Source: an uncultured Syntrophomonadaceae bacterium (lineage in GTDB: Bacteria; Bacillota; Dethiobacteria; DTU022). Taken from it: DNA of 64,000 nucleotides. Below, one piece after another: positions 28,272 to 40,503 of this stretch. The stretch is taken from contig CAYMIW010000013.1 in assembly GCA_964390725.1 (NCBI GenBank), positions 9,086-73,085 on the forward strand, in the 5' to 3' direction. The position numbers and the translations under genes are program-made. Each line of letters starts with the position of its first letter. The stretch's first letter is position 1. The notes below the pieces were generated by a model. The model did not search any database. It had not been told where the DNA came from and saw only the letters and a program-made list of their open reading frames with translations.

Positions 28272-29456
28272 CTATCGATCCAGAAGGGCAGTAATACCGG
28301 GCAGTTCTTTTCCTTCCCAGAATTCCAGGGTAGCTCCGCCCCCGGTGGAAATAAAATTAATTTGTTCACTTAGTTTAAGCATTTCAATAGCGGCAACGAG
28401 ATCTCCACCACCAACAACAGAGTATGCCTTACTTTCAGCAATACCCGAAGCCACCTCGCCGGTACCACGATCAAACGGCGGTATTTCAAATACTCCAAGG
28501 GGCCCGTTCCAAACTACCATCGCCGATTCTTTTATTACTGATTTGAACCTGGTGGTAGTTTCAGGTCCAATATCTACAGCCTTCCAACTACCGGTTACCT
28601 CTTCCGGTTTAAAAGTATGGTGAGGAGATCCTGGCTTAAGTTCTTCTACTGCAACCAGATCATTCGGCAGTAATAACCTACAACGGCTTTCTTTAGCCTG
28701 TTCGATTAAAGCAGCTGCTGTTTCAACCTGCTCTTTCTCGTAAAAAGACGAACCCAGGTCAAACCCGGCAGCAACCAGAAAAGTATTGGCCATTCCGCCG
28801 CCTACCAGGAGATTATCGGCAAGCTCAAAAAAACGTCGAATAACATTTATTTTATCGGAGACTTTAGCACCTCCTAAAATGGTCGTCAGCGGCCTCTGTG
28901 GTTCGTCCAGGCAGCGCGACAGCTCTTCAATTTCTTTTTTCATCAACATACCTGCTACAGCAGGTATGTAAGCAGCAACTCCAACCGTTGAAGCATGGGC
29001 CCGGTGCGCAGTTCCAAAAGCATCATTAACATAATAATCAAAAGGTTGGGCAAGCTGCCGGGCAAAAGCAGGGTCGTTTTTCTCCTCTTCCGGTGCAAAA
29101 CGAACATTTTCCAACATCAGCAGTTCGCCGTCCTTCATCGCCTGCACTTTTTCTTCAACTTCCGACCCGACAACAGAATCAATCTTGGGCACATGCATTT
29201 CAATCAGTTCAGACAGTCTCTTCGCCACCGGGTCCATTTTCAGGGAATCAACACTTTTCCCTTTCGGCCTCCCAAGATGAGAAACCAGGACCAACCTGGC
29301 TCCTTCTTTAATCAGAGTTTCTATTGTTGGAAGAGCAGCCCTGATCCGGCTGTCGTCACGAACCCTGTTTCCTTCCAGTGGCACATTAAAATCAACTCTC
29401 ATCAATATATTTTTACCCCGGGGATCAATATCTTCGATACTTTTTTTGTTTATCAT
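28272..29456 (-). CDS. pgk: Phosphoglycerate kinase.
   Basis: About 394 aa from MINKKSIEDID. VDFNVP and the C-terminal GGGA motifs are present. The ORF track's upstream extension is probably not translated. Confidence 0.95.
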   Translation of the reverse strand: MINKKSIEDIDPRGKNILMRVDFNVPLEGNRVRDDSRIRAALPTIETLIKEGARLVLVSHLGRPKGKSVDSLKMDPVAKRLSELIEMHVPKIDSVVGSEVEEKVQAMKDGELLMLENVRFAPEEEKNDPAFARQLAQPFDYYVNDAFGTAHRAHASTVGVAAYIPAVAGMLMKKEIEELSRCLDEPQRPLTTILGGAKVSDKINVIRRFFELADNLLVGGGMANTFLVAAGFDLGSSFYEKEQVETAAALIEQAKESRCRLLLPNDLVAVEELKPGSPHHTFKPEEVTGSWKAVDIGPETTTRFKSVIKESAMVVWNGPLGVFEIPPFDRGTGEVASGIAESKAYSVVGGGDLVAAIEMLKLSEQINFISTGGGATLEFWEGKELPGITALLDR

Positions 29457-29477
29457 CTTCCCACCATCCGGAATCAA

Positions 29478-30896
29478 TTATTTGCGGCGCTTATATGAAG
29501 CAGGTATGGAGAGTTCTTCCCGGTATTTTGCAACAGTTCTCCTGGAAATATCAATGCCTTCTTTTTGCAGCATCTCAGCCAAACTTTGATCACTCAGTGG
29601 TTTATCCGGCTTTTCGGCTTCAATCATTTCACGTATATATGTCTTAATGCTGTGCGAAGAAAAATCCTTACCACCGGCCCCCGATAAGCCACTTGAAAAG
29701 AAAAACTTTAGAGGATACATCCCCCTGGGGGTCTGAATATATTTGTTTGAAGTAGCCCTGCTGACCGTAGACTCATGGACGCCTATATTGGCGGCCACCT
29801 CTTTTAAAGTTAAAGGTTTTAGCCTTTTAATCCCGTAATTAAAAAAGTCTTTTTGAATATCGACAATCTGCTGCGAAACTCTGAAAAGAGTCAGCCTTCT
29901 CTGTTCTATACTGCGGATCAGCCAAAATGCTTTTTCTATTTTATTCTTGATAAAAGATGAAAGCTGATCATCATCATTTGATCCCGTTCGTAGCATCTGC
30001 TGGTAAAAGGGACTGATTGTAAGCTGCGGTATGCCATTTTCATTTCCCACCACTATATAATCATCATCAACCTTCTCAACGATAACATCAGGAACAATAT
30101 AGCGTGTCTCCTCCCCTTCCCCGTAAACAGAACCGGGTTTCGGGTTAAGGGTTCGAATTAGCTTAACAGCCTCTTCAACTTTGCTTTCATCGTATCCGAG
30201 CCTGGCTGCTATGTAGCGAAAACGACCATCTGCAGCAGCAGGTAAAAACTTTCTAACAATCTCTTCAGCAAGATTGTTACGTTCATCCAATTTATCCAGT
30301 TGCAGAAGCAGGCATTCCTGAAGGTTCCGGCAGCCTATCCCGGTCGGTTCTAGTTTCTGGACAATATCAAGTGCTTCTTCCAGCTCTTCAACCATAATCC
30401 CAACAGCCAGGGAGAGATCCTGTAAATCTTCCTGGAGATAACCGTTGTGATCGAGATTACCGGCCAAAAAAGCGGCTGCGTTATATTGACGGGGAGAAAG
30501 AACCTGCAGGCGAAGCTGTTCAAGAAGGTCTTCAAGCATGGTTCGGCAGGAACCGGCACAGTTTTCCACGGTTGGCTGATAGTCTGGGATAATTCCCAAG
30601 GCCCCCGATGGATAAGATCTTTTATCAAGGTCCATCTCCCTGAAATATTCTTCCCAGGAAAAATCTTCATTCTGATCTCGTTCAGGAGCTTCAGCCTGCT
30701 GCTGAACGGGCTCTTCCTCTTTCTCACTTTCTCTTGGTTCCTGAATTTCAAGCACAGGATTGTTCAATAGTTCTTCCTGGATGTGATCCTGCAGCTCCAT
30801 CGAAGAATACTGAAGCAGCGTTATCGCCAGCTTTAGCTCCGGTGTAATGATCAGCTTTTGACTTTGTTCTAACTTGAGGTTATAATCCAGTTTCAC
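29478..30896 (-). CDS. rpoN: RNA polymerase sigma-54 factor.
   Basis: 472 aa with a Gln/Leu-rich region I (MKLDYNLKLEQSQKL...LKLAITLLQYSSMELQ) and a C-terminal RpoN box ARRTVAKYRE. Confidence 0.85.
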   Translation of the reverse strand: MKLDYNLKLEQSQKLIITPELKLAITLLQYSSMELQDHIQEELLNNPVLEIQEPRESEKEEEPVQQQAEAPERDQNEDFSWEEYFREMDLDKRSYPSGALGIIPDYQPTVENCAGSCRTMLEDLLEQLRLQVLSPRQYNAAAFLAGNLDHNGYLQEDLQDLSLAVGIMVEELEEALDIVQKLEPTGIGCRNLQECLLLQLDKLDERNNLAEEIVRKFLPAAADGRFRYIAARLGYDESKVEEAVKLIRTLNPKPGSVYGEGEETRYIVPDVIVEKVDDDYIVVGNENGIPQLTISPFYQQMLRTGSNDDDQLSSFIKNKIEKAFWLIRSIEQRRLTLFRVSQQIVDIQKDFFNYGIKRLKPLTLKEVAANIGVHESTVSRATSNKYIQTPRGMYPLKFFFSSGLSGAGGKDFSSHSIKTYIREMIEAEKPDKPLSDQSLAEMLQKEGIDISRRTVAKYREELSIPASYKRRK

Positions 30897-31045
30897 TGCA
30901 TACTCTCCAATTGTTGTTATTTAGTCCCCGGTAAATAATAACAGCTCAACTGCAGCTGTTATTGATAATACAGCGTTTCTTTTTTGATCTTCGACACAAT
31001 ATAGCGAAATCCTTCCTGTGATTTGTCTAACTGGCATGCTTTTTG

Positions 31046-32002
31046 CTAATATCTTTGTTCCCTTTTTTCTAATATTTTTTCCATTTGCCGGAAACGGTTG
31101 TTCATTCCCGATTTACTAACCGGGGGATCTAACAGTTCACCAAGCTCCTTCAGGGAGGCTTCAGGATGATTAATCCGCAGCACAGCTGCCTCTTTCAAGG
31201 CGGGGGATAGATTATTCAACCCGATTAAAGCATCCAGTGCCTCGATATTATCTAGCTGTTGCCGGGCAGAAGCAACCACTTTTTCCAGGTTTGCAGTTTC
31301 AAAATTAACCAGGCGGTTTACCTGGTTGCGCATACTTTTTATCACTCGCTGACTTTCCAGATCAAGCAGGGCCGTTCCTGCTCCTACAATACGTAAAAAA
31401 TCTGCCACTGCTTCTGCATTTTTAAAATATATATAGTATGCATCCTTTCTTTTCCTAATCAAAGGTTCCAGGTTAAAAGTTTTTAGCACCTTTTGATAAA
31501 CCTGGGCGTCTTCATGATCACCACAGTTAATCTCAAGGTGATAACCGGAACGGCCTGATACAGATATACTACCCCCTGCAAGAAATATACCTCTCAGCAG
31601 GGCTTTTTTACAACAGGTCCTCCTGGGCAGCGAAGCATGCCGGCGGGGTAGGCTCAGGTATGGGCCGGCTTCTTTTAAATTCAAATAAACCAGGAGGGAA
31701 TCAACCTGCTCGCGCCCCTGCACCAGAACTAATAGCTTGTTCTTACCAAAAAGCTTTTCCTTCTGCCTTATAATAGATGGTGACTGCACACCGGACTGTC
31801 TCAAAAGATTAAACAGACGCCTCGCTACAGCGAGATCATCAAGGTGAATACTGAGCAGGTGAGCATCGCGTCGGATCGTATAGTAACCGTGTCTCAATAA
31901 AAATGCTTTCAGCTCCCACGAACTGCAGCAATTATTCTCATTATCCACCCTGGCCAGTTCATTTTTAACTCGTTTAGTTAAAGTCAATACAGGCTCCTCC
32001 AT
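31046..32002 (-). CDS. whiA: Sporulation/cell-division regulator WhiA.
   Basis: 318 aa with a LAGLIDADG-like N-domain and a C-terminal HTH. It starts MEEPVLTLTKRVKNELA. Confidence 0.9.
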   Translation of the reverse strand: MEEPVLTLTKRVKNELARVDNENNCCSSWELKAFLLRHGYYTIRRDAHLLSIHLDDLAVARRLFNLLRQSGVQSPSIIRQKEKLFGKNKLLVLVQGREQVDSLLVYLNLKEAGPYLSLPRRHASLPRRTCCKKALLRGIFLAGGSISVSGRSGYHLEINCGDHEDAQVYQKVLKTFNLEPLIRKRKDAYYIYFKNAEAVADFLRIVGAGTALLDLESQRVIKSMRNQVNRLVNFETANLEKVVASARQQLDNIEALDALIGLNNLSPALKEAAVLRINHPEASLKELGELLDPPVSKSGMNNRFRQMEKILEKREQRY

Positions 32003-32865
32003 TATTCTTTATGGATATCCCTGTGTTCAACGACCAGGTTAAATTTTGAGCCAAGGGTTCGCCCCAGTTCTTCAGCTAGAAATACAGAACGATGCTTTCC
32101 ACCCGTGCAGCCGATGGTTATAATGAGGCTGGTTTTTCCTTCCTTAACATAGAAAGGTATAGAATACTGAAGCAGTTCCCGAACCATGTTGAAATACCTG
32201 GCGGTTTCCGGCCAGCGCCATAAATATTCCTGCACCTGCTCATCCTCGCCCGTCAGGGCTTTAAGGTGATCAACATAATGCGGGTTTGGTAAAAAGCGAA
32301 CATCAAATACAAGGTCGGCATCCGGGGGAAGACCGTATTTAAACCCAAATGATATAATCCGAATCTGCATATTCCGATCACGCTTCTCCGGTTCATACAG
32401 CTCAACAATTTTTGTTTTCAACTCCCAGGGTTTCATTAAAGAAGTGTCTATCTCCCTGTTAGCTTTGCCACGCAGCTCACTGAGCACTTCCCGCTCCTTT
32501 TGGATCGCTTCGGGAAGGCTGAGGCTGCCAAGTGGATGACGTCTGCGGGTTTCCTTGTAGCGGCGAATCAGGACATCGTCATCAGCGGCTAAAAAAAGTA
32601 TCTCATAATCTACATCCGATTTTTCAAGCTCACTCAGGGCTTCAAAAAGATCTTCAAAAAATGCCGCTCCACGCATATCACAAACCAGGGCCACTTTTTT
32701 ATTATCGGATTGAACAAATATATCAATAAACTTGGGGATAAGGGTGGGGGGCATATTGTCAACACAGTAATAACCAAGGTCTTCAAAACAGTTCAAAGCA
32801 TGACTTTTCCCCGCCCCGGACAACCCAGTTATTAAAACAAGTCGCAGGTTGTCAGTTTCGCTCAT
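32002..32865 (-). CDS. rapZ: RNase adaptor protein RapZ (YvcJ).
   Basis: 287 aa. Walker A GLSGAGKS and the conserved C-terminal domain. Confidence 0.9.
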   Translation of the reverse strand: MSETDNLRLVLITGLSGAGKSHALNCFEDLGYYCVDNMPPTLIPKFIDIFVQSDNKKVALVCDMRGAAFFEDLFEALSELEKSDVDYEILFLAADDDVLIRRYKETRRRHPLGSLSLPEAIQKEREVLSELRGKANREIDTSLMKPWELKTKIVELYEPEKRDRNMQIRIISFGFKYGLPPDADLVFDVRFLPNPHYVDHLKALTGEDEQVQEYLWRWPETARYFNMVRELLQYSIPFYVKEGKTSLIITIGCTGGKHRSVFLAEELGRTLGSKFNLVVEHRDIHKE

Positions 32866-32902
32866 TTCTCAGAACCTCCATTTTATTTTTGGGCACGCTA
32901 AA

Positions 32903-33727
32903 TCACCCACTGGAAAGATCTAGCACATAACGTTCAATTACTTCGGCCACTCCATCCTCAACATTGGAAGCAGTAACAAGATCAGCCGCTTCTATTACCT
33001 CCGTCCTGGCATTGGCCACAGCCACACCCAGTCCGGCATAAGTTATCATATCAAGGTCATTATGCCCATCGCCAAAAGCTACTATTTCTTCCGGCCTGAT
33101 ACCTTCTTTTTCAGCCAGCCAGCGCAGGGTCTGCCCCTTGGTTGCCCGTTTTTCAGTTAATTCAAGAAAGTTGGGGCGAGACTGCAAAATGGCAAGCTCG
33201 GAACCGAATTTTTCCCTTAAATCTCTCTCAAGCTCATCGATGGTACCGTCCCACTGAATAATGCTCATTTTAGATGGTTCTAAGCTGTTATCCCTGAGAA
33301 ACGGACCAAGACTCCCCACCGCCTTTAAACCCATATGGGCCATAGACTGGTAGAAGCGGGAATAATCGTTTTCTTCTTTAATATATAATTCGTCGTCAAT
33401 GAAAAGATTAACATAGTTACCACGTCTTTCAGCCTCTTCAGCAACTGCGACAGCAACCGTATTGGAAATTGGCCTGTGCAGGATCAGTTCTCCGCTTGTT
33501 GATTTCTTCACCATGGCCCCATGGTAGTTGATCAGGGGGCAATCGCCATCAAGTCCCATCTGCTGCAGGTAATGAACGCTGGTTTTATACATACGCCCGG
33601 TAGCAATAACAAAACGAACCCCGGCATCAACTGCCCGGCGTACTGCTTTTTTGTTGCGGCTGGAAATCTCCGATTTTTCATTGAGCAGGGTATCGTCCAG
33701 ATCCGTTGCTATCATTTTATAATGCAT
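32903..33727 (-). CDS. Cof-type HAD-IIB family hydrolase.
   Basis: MIATDLDDTLL is HAD motif I, and GDGHNDLDM is motif IV. Confidence 0.75.
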   Translation of the reverse strand: MHYKMIATDLDDTLLNEKSEISSRNKKAVRRAVDAGVRFVIATGRMYKTSVHYLQQMGLDGDCPLINYHGAMVKKSTSGELILHRPISNTVAVAVAEEAERRGNYVNLFIDDELYIKEENDYSRFYQSMAHMGLKAVGSLGPFLRDNSLEPSKMSIIQWDGTIDELERDLREKFGSELAILQSRPNFLELTEKRATKGQTLRWLAEKEGIRPEEIVAFGDGHNDLDMITYAGLGVAVANARTEVIEAADLVTASNVEDGVAEVIERYVLDLSSG

Positions 33728-33763
33728 ATTCTTTCCACCTCAACAACAGTATAGCACATCATA

Positions 33764-35617
33764 TTAGCGGCTTTCATTGAAATAGCTTACGATTCTTCCG
33801 GCCAGGGATGGGCTGACACCCCGCACCCGGACTAAATCTTCAGCTTTTGCCCGGCGAATATTTTCCATGCTGCCGAAGTGTTCAAGCAAAGCTGCACGTC
33901 GTGATGGGCCAACCCCGGGAACAGATTCCAGCGAGGAACGAATGGCCGCCTTACTTTTGCGGTTGCGGTGGCCGCTGACTGCAAAACGGTGCACCTCGTC
34001 GCGAATGCGCTGAAGCATTTGCAACAGGGGGTCCTGGGCAGCCATTCGCACCGGCATGGTACTGCTTTCCAGGAAAAGCCTATCGGGGTTTTTAGCCAGC
34101 GAAACAAACGGTACTGTTTCCAGGTTTGTGCCGCGTACTGCTTTCCGGGCTGAATTTAGCTGCCCCCTGCCTCCGTCAATTAGAAGCAGATCGGGCAGGG
34201 GCCAGTCTCCTCGTTTAGCCCTTCTGGACAAAACTTCTTTCAGGGCACCGTAGTCATCACCGGGATCTGCCTGCCTGATATTAAAGTGTCTGTATGCCTT
34301 GTTGTAAGGTTCCCCATCAAGAAAGACCACCATCGCGCCAACGGGTTCATCTCCCCTTAAATGTGAAATGTCATATGCTTCAACTCTTTCAGGGGCGTTT
34401 TCCAACCCCACCAGGCGGCCTAACTCAACCAGGGGATTTTCTGCAAAACCGGACTGCGCAGCCTGTTCTTCCTCCAGGTGCAACATACCATTCCGGAAAG
34501 CAAGGTCAACCAGTTTCCTCAGGGAACCTCGTTTTGGCAGATGTAGTCTTACCTTGCGTCCCGCTTTGGTTCTTAACCACTCTTCAAGCAGTTTCAACTC
34601 TGCCGGCTCAACTGAAAGGAGAATTTCCCGCGGTATGGATTCTACCCGATGGTAATAGGATTTTATAAAAGAACTGATAATTACCTGATCATCTATTTCA
34701 TCAGTTCCCTGAAGGGAAAAATGTTCCTGCCTGAGAAGCTTGCCCCTTCTAACCTGAAACAGCTGAACTGCCACGCGTTTTTCCAGGCGGACCAGGGCCA
34801 GAATATCACGATCAGGGCTGTTCTCCGCCTGGAGCATTTTCTGCTGCTGACCCGTTATCTGCTGCAGGGTCTGCAGGCGATCCCGCAGGCGTGCGGCTTC
34901 TTCGAACTGTTCCGAGGCTGCTGCCTGGTTCATCTTTAGTTTAAGATTCTCTTCCAGTTCTCCGTGGCGACCCTGTAAAAACATTTCTATCTGCCTGACC
35001 ATCTCGTTATATTCCTCCGGCTGAACCGCTGCCTGACCGCGACAGGGTGCCAGGCAGCGGTTCATCTGGTAGTTAAGACAAGGTCTTGTCCCGGAAGGAT
35101 TTCCGTCAAGCGGCTGTCGACATCGGCGCAGGGGGAATATTGCCCCCAGGAATTGCATCGTTTCTCTTACTGCCCCCACATCGGTATAAGGACCAAATCT
35201 TTTTTCTACCCGGTCCGGGTGGGTCTGATACCTACCTCTTTTTGAACCTTTTTGAGATAACCGCAGCAGTTCCAGGCGGGGATATAGTTCAGGCGTTATC
35301 AGCAGATAAGGGTAATCTTTGTCATCCTTCATGATCACGTTAAAGCGGGGCCTGTACTCCTTGATCAGGCTACATTCAAGGATAAGCGCTTCAACTTCAC
35401 TGTCGGTAACTATATAATCAATGTCGTCCAACCGGCCCTGCAGGGATTGTAACCGGGGTGAACCGGAAACATTATCAGCCAGGTAAGAACGTACTCGCTT
35501 ACGCAGTGATATTGCTTTCCCAACATATATAACCCGGTCATTCTTGTCCTTAAGCAGATAAACTCCCGGCTGGTCTGGTAAGCGGCTCACTTTTTCTTTC
35601 AACTGCTCCAGTGACAT
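33764..35617 (-). CDS. uvrC: Excinuclease ABC subunit C.
   Basis: 617 aa with an N-terminal GIY-YIG (GVYLLKDKNDRVIYVGKA) and a C-terminal HhH. Confidence 0.95.
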   Translation of the reverse strand: MSLEQLKEKVSRLPDQPGVYLLKDKNDRVIYVGKAISLRKRVRSYLADNVSGSPRLQSLQGRLDDIDYIVTDSEVEALILECSLIKEYRPRFNVIMKDDKDYPYLLITPELYPRLELLRLSQKGSKRGRYQTHPDRVEKRFGPYTDVGAVRETMQFLGAIFPLRRCRQPLDGNPSGTRPCLNYQMNRCLAPCRGQAAVQPEEYNEMVRQIEMFLQGRHGELEENLKLKMNQAAASEQFEEAARLRDRLQTLQQITGQQQKMLQAENSPDRDILALVRLEKRVAVQLFQVRRGKLLRQEHFSLQGTDEIDDQVIISSFIKSYYHRVESIPREILLSVEPAELKLLEEWLRTKAGRKVRLHLPKRGSLRKLVDLAFRNGMLHLEEEQAAQSGFAENPLVELGRLVGLENAPERVEAYDISHLRGDEPVGAMVVFLDGEPYNKAYRHFNIRQADPGDDYGALKEVLSRRAKRGDWPLPDLLLIDGGRGQLNSARKAVRGTNLETVPFVSLAKNPDRLFLESSTMPVRMAAQDPLLQMLQRIRDEVHRFAVSGHRNRKSKAAIRSSLESVPGVGPSRRAALLEHFGSMENIRRAKAEDLVRVRGVSPSLAGRIVSYFNESR

Positions 35618-35630
35618 TGTTTTCCCCTGT

Positions 35631-38438
35631 TTAAAGTATTTTCTTTAACCACTGCCCGGTAATTGAATCAGGACAGGCTGCTACATCCTCGGGAGAACCG
35701 GAGGCTACCACCATTCCACCTCCGTCGCCTCCTTCAGGACCAAGATCAATCAGGTAATCGGCCCTTTTAATAACCTCCAGGTTGTGTTCAATAACCACCA
35801 CACTGTTACCGCTTTCAACCAGGCGTTCCAGGATAATAAGCAATTTGCTGATGTCATCGAGATGCAAGCCGGTAGTCGGCTCGTCCAGAATATAAAGGCT
35901 GCGTCCGTTACTTCGCCGGGATAGTTCGGTCGCCAGCTTAACCCGCTGCGCCTCACCTCCCGAGAGTGTGGTTGCCGGCTGGCCCAGCCTTATGTAACCC
36001 AGACCAACATCAAAAAGCAGCTGCAGCTTGCGTTCAATTTTCGGTATAGCCGAGAAAAAATTTAAGGCTTCTTCGACAGACATGGCCAGGACATCAGCAA
36101 TATTCTTTTCTTTATAGTAAACCTCGAGTGTTTCCCGGTTATATCGCTTACTTCCACATACTTCACAGGGCACATATACATCGGGCAGAAAATGCATTTC
36201 AATTCTCAGGATACCGTCACCCCTACAGGCTTCGCAGCGCCCGCCTTTAACATTAAAGCTGAATCGCCCCTGCTTATAACCGCGGCGACGCGATTCCGCT
36301 GTTTTGGAAAATAGCTCGCGAATTCCGTCGAATAAGCCGGTGTAGGTAGCCGGGTTTGAACGGGGAGTACGGCCAATCGGTGACTGGTCAATTTCAATTA
36401 CCTTGTCCAAATGCTCTATTCCTTCAATTACCCGGTGTTTGCCTGCCTGAACTCTTGAGCGGGTCAGTTTACGCGATAACCCTTTCGAAAGAATATCATT
36501 GATCAGTGTACTCTTACCCGAACCCGATACTCCCGTCACGCAGCTAAATAGACCAAGAGGTATGCCAACATCAATGTCTTTCAGGTTATGCTCACATGCC
36601 CCCCTGACCCAAAGCCAGCGCTCATTGGTTTTTCTCCGCTGTTCTGGTACGGTAACAGAACGCCTGCCTGCGAGATAATCTCCGGTAATCGAAGCCTCGG
36701 CTGCTGTTATATCGTTCACTGTACCCTGGGCGACTATTTCTCCTCCTCCGGCTCCCGCTCCCGGTCCGATATCTACCAGGTGATCAGCGCTGCGAATAGT
36801 TTCTTCATCGTGTTCAACCACCAAAACTGTGTTACCTAGATCCCGTAACCTTTTCAGTGTGTCGATCAATCGGGCATTATCTCTCTGGTGCAGGCCAATA
36901 CTCGGTTCATCAAGAATATATATTACCCCGGTCAATCCGGAACCGATCTGGGTGGCAAGACGAATCCTCTGGGCCTCGCCGCCCGAGAGAGTAGCCGCTG
37001 CCCTGTCCAGGGTCAGGTATTGTAACCCCACGTTACGCAGAAACTGCAAACGCTCACCAATTTCTTTCAGCACCTGCTTTGCTATTTTTTCTTCCCTGGA
37101 GTTCAACTCCAGTTTATCGAAAAAGACTGATGCCTCTTCAACAGTTAAAGCAGAAATATCAGCTATATTGCGCCCGGCCAGCAGCACAGAAAGGCTGGAA
37201 GGTTTTAAACGCCGTCCCTTGCATACAGGGCAGGGCCTTACCTGCATATAGCGCTCCAGTTCATTTCTTATATCCTCCGATTCGGTTGCCCCGTAGCGAC
37301 GTTCAAGCAATCTTAATACACCGGGAAACGCCTTGCGGTAGTTACGCACTTTTTTAAACATGTTTACATAGCGAAAATTTATTTTTTCTGACGAACCATA
37401 CAATATTTTTTCTTTTAAATCCGCTTTAATATCACGAAAAGGCATATCCAGGTCTACATCCCAAGCTTTTGCCGCTGAATTTAGAAACTGCTGGTAATAA
37501 TTCTGACCTGAAAATGGGTGAATTGCCCCTTCATTCAGGGACAACTCCGGATAAGGGATGACCAGCTCGGCGGCAAACTCGGCTTTTGTCCCCAGGCCGC
37601 TGCATTCTGGACAAGCTCCGTACGGGGTGTTAAAAGAAAAAATCCTCGGGCTGATTTCATCGAAACTAAACCCACACTGGGCACAGGCCAGGTTTTCACT
37701 AAAAAGTGTTTCACCGACTCCTGCGGCTTCAACTAATACTAACCCCTCACTGAGTTTAAGCGAAGTCTCAATAGAATCTGCCAGGCGCGACTGGATCCCT
37801 TCACGAATTATCAAGCGGTCTACAACAACCTCAATTGTATGTTTTTTCTGTTTATCCAGTATTATTTCTTCTTCAAGATCATGAACTGCTCCGTCCACCC
37901 TGATTCTGACATAGCCCTTGCGCCGCATATCTTCAAACAGCTTCACGTATTCTCCCTTACGGCTTCTCACCAGGGGAGCCAGCACCTGGATACGGGTTTC
38001 TTCGGGAAGTTCAACTATTTGATCAACCATCTGCTGGACAGCCTGGCTGCTGATCGGTATCTCGCAATTCGGACAAAAAGGCCGGCCGATCCGGGCAAAA
38101 AGCAGACGGATATAATCATATATTTCAGTTACCGTCCCTACCGTTGAACGAGGGTTACGCGATGCTGTTTTTTGATCAATCGATATTGCCGGTGATAAAC
38201 CTTCAATATGATCAAGGTCAGGTTTATCCATCTGACCCAGAAACTGGCGGGCATATGCTGATAGAGATTCTACATAACGTCTCTGTCCTTCAGCATATAT
38301 GGTATCAAAAGCAAGCGAAGATTTTCCCGATCCGCTCAGCCCGGTAAATACAATCATTTTATTTCGCGGCAGGGAGAGATTAATATTCTTCAGGTTATGC
38401 TCTCTCGCTCCGCGAATAATTATTTCTCCTGATAACAA
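35631..38438 (-). CDS. uvrA: Excinuclease ABC subunit A.
   Basis: 935 aa with tandem ABC ATPase modules and zinc fingers. Confidence 0.95.
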   Translation of the reverse strand: MLSGEIIIRGAREHNLKNINLSLPRNKMIVFTGLSGSGKSSLAFDTIYAEGQRRYVESLSAYARQFLGQMDKPDLDHIEGLSPAISIDQKTASRNPRSTVGTVTEIYDYIRLLFARIGRPFCPNCEIPISSQAVQQMVDQIVELPEETRIQVLAPLVRSRKGEYVKLFEDMRRKGYVRIRVDGAVHDLEEEIILDKQKKHTIEVVVDRLIIREGIQSRLADSIETSLKLSEGLVLVEAAGVGETLFSENLACAQCGFSFDEISPRIFSFNTPYGACPECSGLGTKAEFAAELVIPYPELSLNEGAIHPFSGQNYYQQFLNSAAKAWDVDLDMPFRDIKADLKEKILYGSSEKINFRYVNMFKKVRNYRKAFPGVLRLLERRYGATESEDIRNELERYMQVRPCPVCKGRRLKPSSLSVLLAGRNIADISALTVEEASVFFDKLELNSREEKIAKQVLKEIGERLQFLRNVGLQYLTLDRAAATLSGGEAQRIRLATQIGSGLTGVIYILDEPSIGLHQRDNARLIDTLKRLRDLGNTVLVVEHDEETIRSADHLVDIGPGAGAGGGEIVAQGTVNDITAAEASITGDYLAGRRSVTVPEQRRKTNERWLWVRGACEHNLKDIDVGIPLGLFSCVTGVSGSGKSTLINDILSKGLSRKLTRSRVQAGKHRVIEGIEHLDKVIEIDQSPIGRTPRSNPATYTGLFDGIRELFSKTAESRRRGYKQGRFSFNVKGGRCEACRGDGILRIEMHFLPDVYVPCEVCGSKRYNRETLEVYYKEKNIADVLAMSVEEALNFFSAIPKIERKLQLLFDVGLGYIRLGQPATTLSGGEAQRVKLATELSRRSNGRSLYILDEPTTGLHLDDISKLLIILERLVESGNSVVVIEHNLEVIKRADYLIDLGPEGGDGGGMVVASGSPEDVAACPDSITGQWLKKIL

Positions 38439-38451
38439 TTACTTCAGCTCC

Positions 38452-40464
38452 TCAAATCTGTTTTTCCAGTTCAAAAATCAGGTCTCTCAATTCAGCCGCT
38501 CGCTCAAAAGCCAGTTCCCGTGATGCCTGAAGCATTTCCTTCCGCAGCTTCTCAACTGTTTTTCGACGTTTTTGAACAGGCAGGGAACGGTATTCTTCCG
38601 GCATATAAGCCGCTTCGCCCTCTGCCGCCACTGTTGCTTCGATCAGTGAACGGATAGGCTTGATAATCGTTGTTGGAACTATGTCATGTTCTTCATTATA
38701 GGCAATCTGAATCTGGCGCCGCCGCTCTGTCTCACCAATTGCCCTGCTCATTGAAGGGGTTATCGTTTCCGCATACATAATAACCCGTCCTTCAACATTC
38801 CGGGCAGTCCGCCCGATAGTCTGAATCAACGACCTTTCCGAGCGAAGGAAACCTTCTTTGTCAGCATCAAGAATAGCAACCAGGGTAACCTCGGGCAGGT
38901 CAAGTCCTTCCCTGAGCAGGTTGATCCCAATTAAAACATCGAATTCTCCCGAACGTAAACCCCTGATTATTGTCATACGCTCAAGAGCATCAATGTCTGA
39001 ATGCATATAGCGAACCCTGATACCCATATTCTTGTAAAAATCGGTCAGATCTTCTGCCATCCGCTTGGTCATAGTTGTCACCAGTACGCGTTGACCTTTT
39101 TCAGCCCGAACCTTTATTTCACCATAAAGATCATCAACCTGACCTTCTGCCGGGCGCACTTCAACCAGGGGATCAACCAGGCCGGTCGGCCTGATAATCT
39201 GCTCGATAACATCCGTGCTGTGCTCCTGCTCCCAGGGGCCCGGGGTTGCAGAAACCAGGATTACCTGGTCAATTAAAGCCTCAAATTCATCAAATTTAAG
39301 CGGTCGGTTATCCAGGGCAGAAGGCAACCTGAAACCGTGTTCCACCAAAGTACTTTTACGCGAATAATCCCCCTTGTACATTCCATTAATCTGGGGAATG
39401 GTTATGTGAGACTCATCTATCACCAGCAGCATATCTTCCGGGAAATAGTCAATCAGGGTTGCCGGGCGGCTGCCGGCCAATCGGCCGTCAAGGTGACGTG
39501 AATAATTCTCGATGCCGCTGCAAAAACCTATTTCCTGCATCATTTCAATATCATAATTGGTACGCTGCTCCAGGCGCTGGGCTTCGAGCAACCTGTCCCG
39601 ACTACGGAAATATTCTAACCGTTCATGCAGCTCTTCTTCGATATCAGCAATAGCCCGCTTCAGCTCGTCCGGTGCTGTCACATAGTGCGTTGCCGGGAAA
39701 ATTGCTGCATGCATCCGGTCAGCAATTACTTTACCGCTAAGCAAATCTATTTCCCTGATTCGTTCAATTTCATCGCCAAAAAGTTCTACCCGCAAGGCAG
39801 CTTCCGAGAGTGATGCAGGAATAATTTCCACCACATCGCCCCGGACCCGGAAAGTGCCCCGGTGAAAATCAATTTCATTACGCTCGTAATGTATAGCCAC
39901 CAGTCGGTTAATAATATCATCACGACTGATTCTGTTTCCCGGCCGCAGAGAAAGAACCTGGTCCTGATATTCGGCCGGGGAACCTAGGCCATAAATACAG
40001 GAAACCGACGCCACTATAATTACATCTTTCCTTTCCAGGAGTGAACTGGTGGCAGAGTGACGCAACTTATCAATTTCGTCGTTTATAGAAGAATCTTTCT
40101 CTATATATGTGTCACTGGAAGGCAGGTAAGCCTCCGGCTGATAATAATCGTAATAACTGATAAAGTATTCAACAGCATTGTCTGGAAACAGCTCCTTGAA
40201 TTCACTGCATAACTGGGCAGCCAGTATTTTATTCGGTGCCATAACCAGGGTTGGTCGCTGCACTTCTTCTATAACATTGGCTATGGTAAATGTTTTCCCG
40301 GAGCCGGTAACTCCAAGCAGGGTCTGGTAACTGGAGCCCCGGCGCAGTCCTTGCACCAGGGCTTTGATTGCTTGCGGCTGATCACCTGAAGGTTTATGAT
40401 CCGCCTTGATCTTGAAAGGTTTGTTATCGATCAGGAGGCACCTCCATCTACCTGTACTATTCAA
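38452..40464 (-). CDS. uvrB: Excinuclease ABC subunit B.
   Basis: 670 aa. Helicase motifs (GVTGSGKT), a beta-hairpin and a C-terminal UvrC-interaction region. The first about 9 codons of the ORF may be untranslated. Confidence 0.95.
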   Translation of the reverse strand: MNSTGRWRCLLIDNKPFKIKADHKPSGDQPQAIKALVQGLRRGSSYQTLLGVTGSGKTFTIANVIEEVQRPTLVMAPNKILAAQLCSEFKELFPDNAVEYFISYYDYYQPEAYLPSSDTYIEKDSSINDEIDKLRHSATSSLLERKDVIIVASVSCIYGLGSPAEYQDQVLSLRPGNRISRDDIINRLVAIHYERNEIDFHRGTFRVRGDVVEIIPASLSEAALRVELFGDEIERIREIDLLSGKVIADRMHAAIFPATHYVTAPDELKRAIADIEEELHERLEYFRSRDRLLEAQRLEQRTNYDIEMMQEIGFCSGIENYSRHLDGRLAGSRPATLIDYFPEDMLLVIDESHITIPQINGMYKGDYSRKSTLVEHGFRLPSALDNRPLKFDEFEALIDQVILVSATPGPWEQEHSTDVIEQIIRPTGLVDPLVEVRPAEGQVDDLYGEIKVRAEKGQRVLVTTMTKRMAEDLTDFYKNMGIRVRYMHSDIDALERMTIIRGLRSGEFDVLIGINLLREGLDLPEVTLVAILDADKEGFLRSERSLIQTIGRTARNVEGRVIMYAETITPSMSRAIGETERRRQIQIAYNEEHDIVPTTIIKPIRSLIEATVAAEGEAAYMPEEYRSLPVQKRRKTVEKLRKEMLQASRELAFERAAELRDLIFELEKQI

Positions 40465-40503
40465 GGAAATTTAATCTTTAAAATACTGCTAAATTTTTAA
40501 TTG

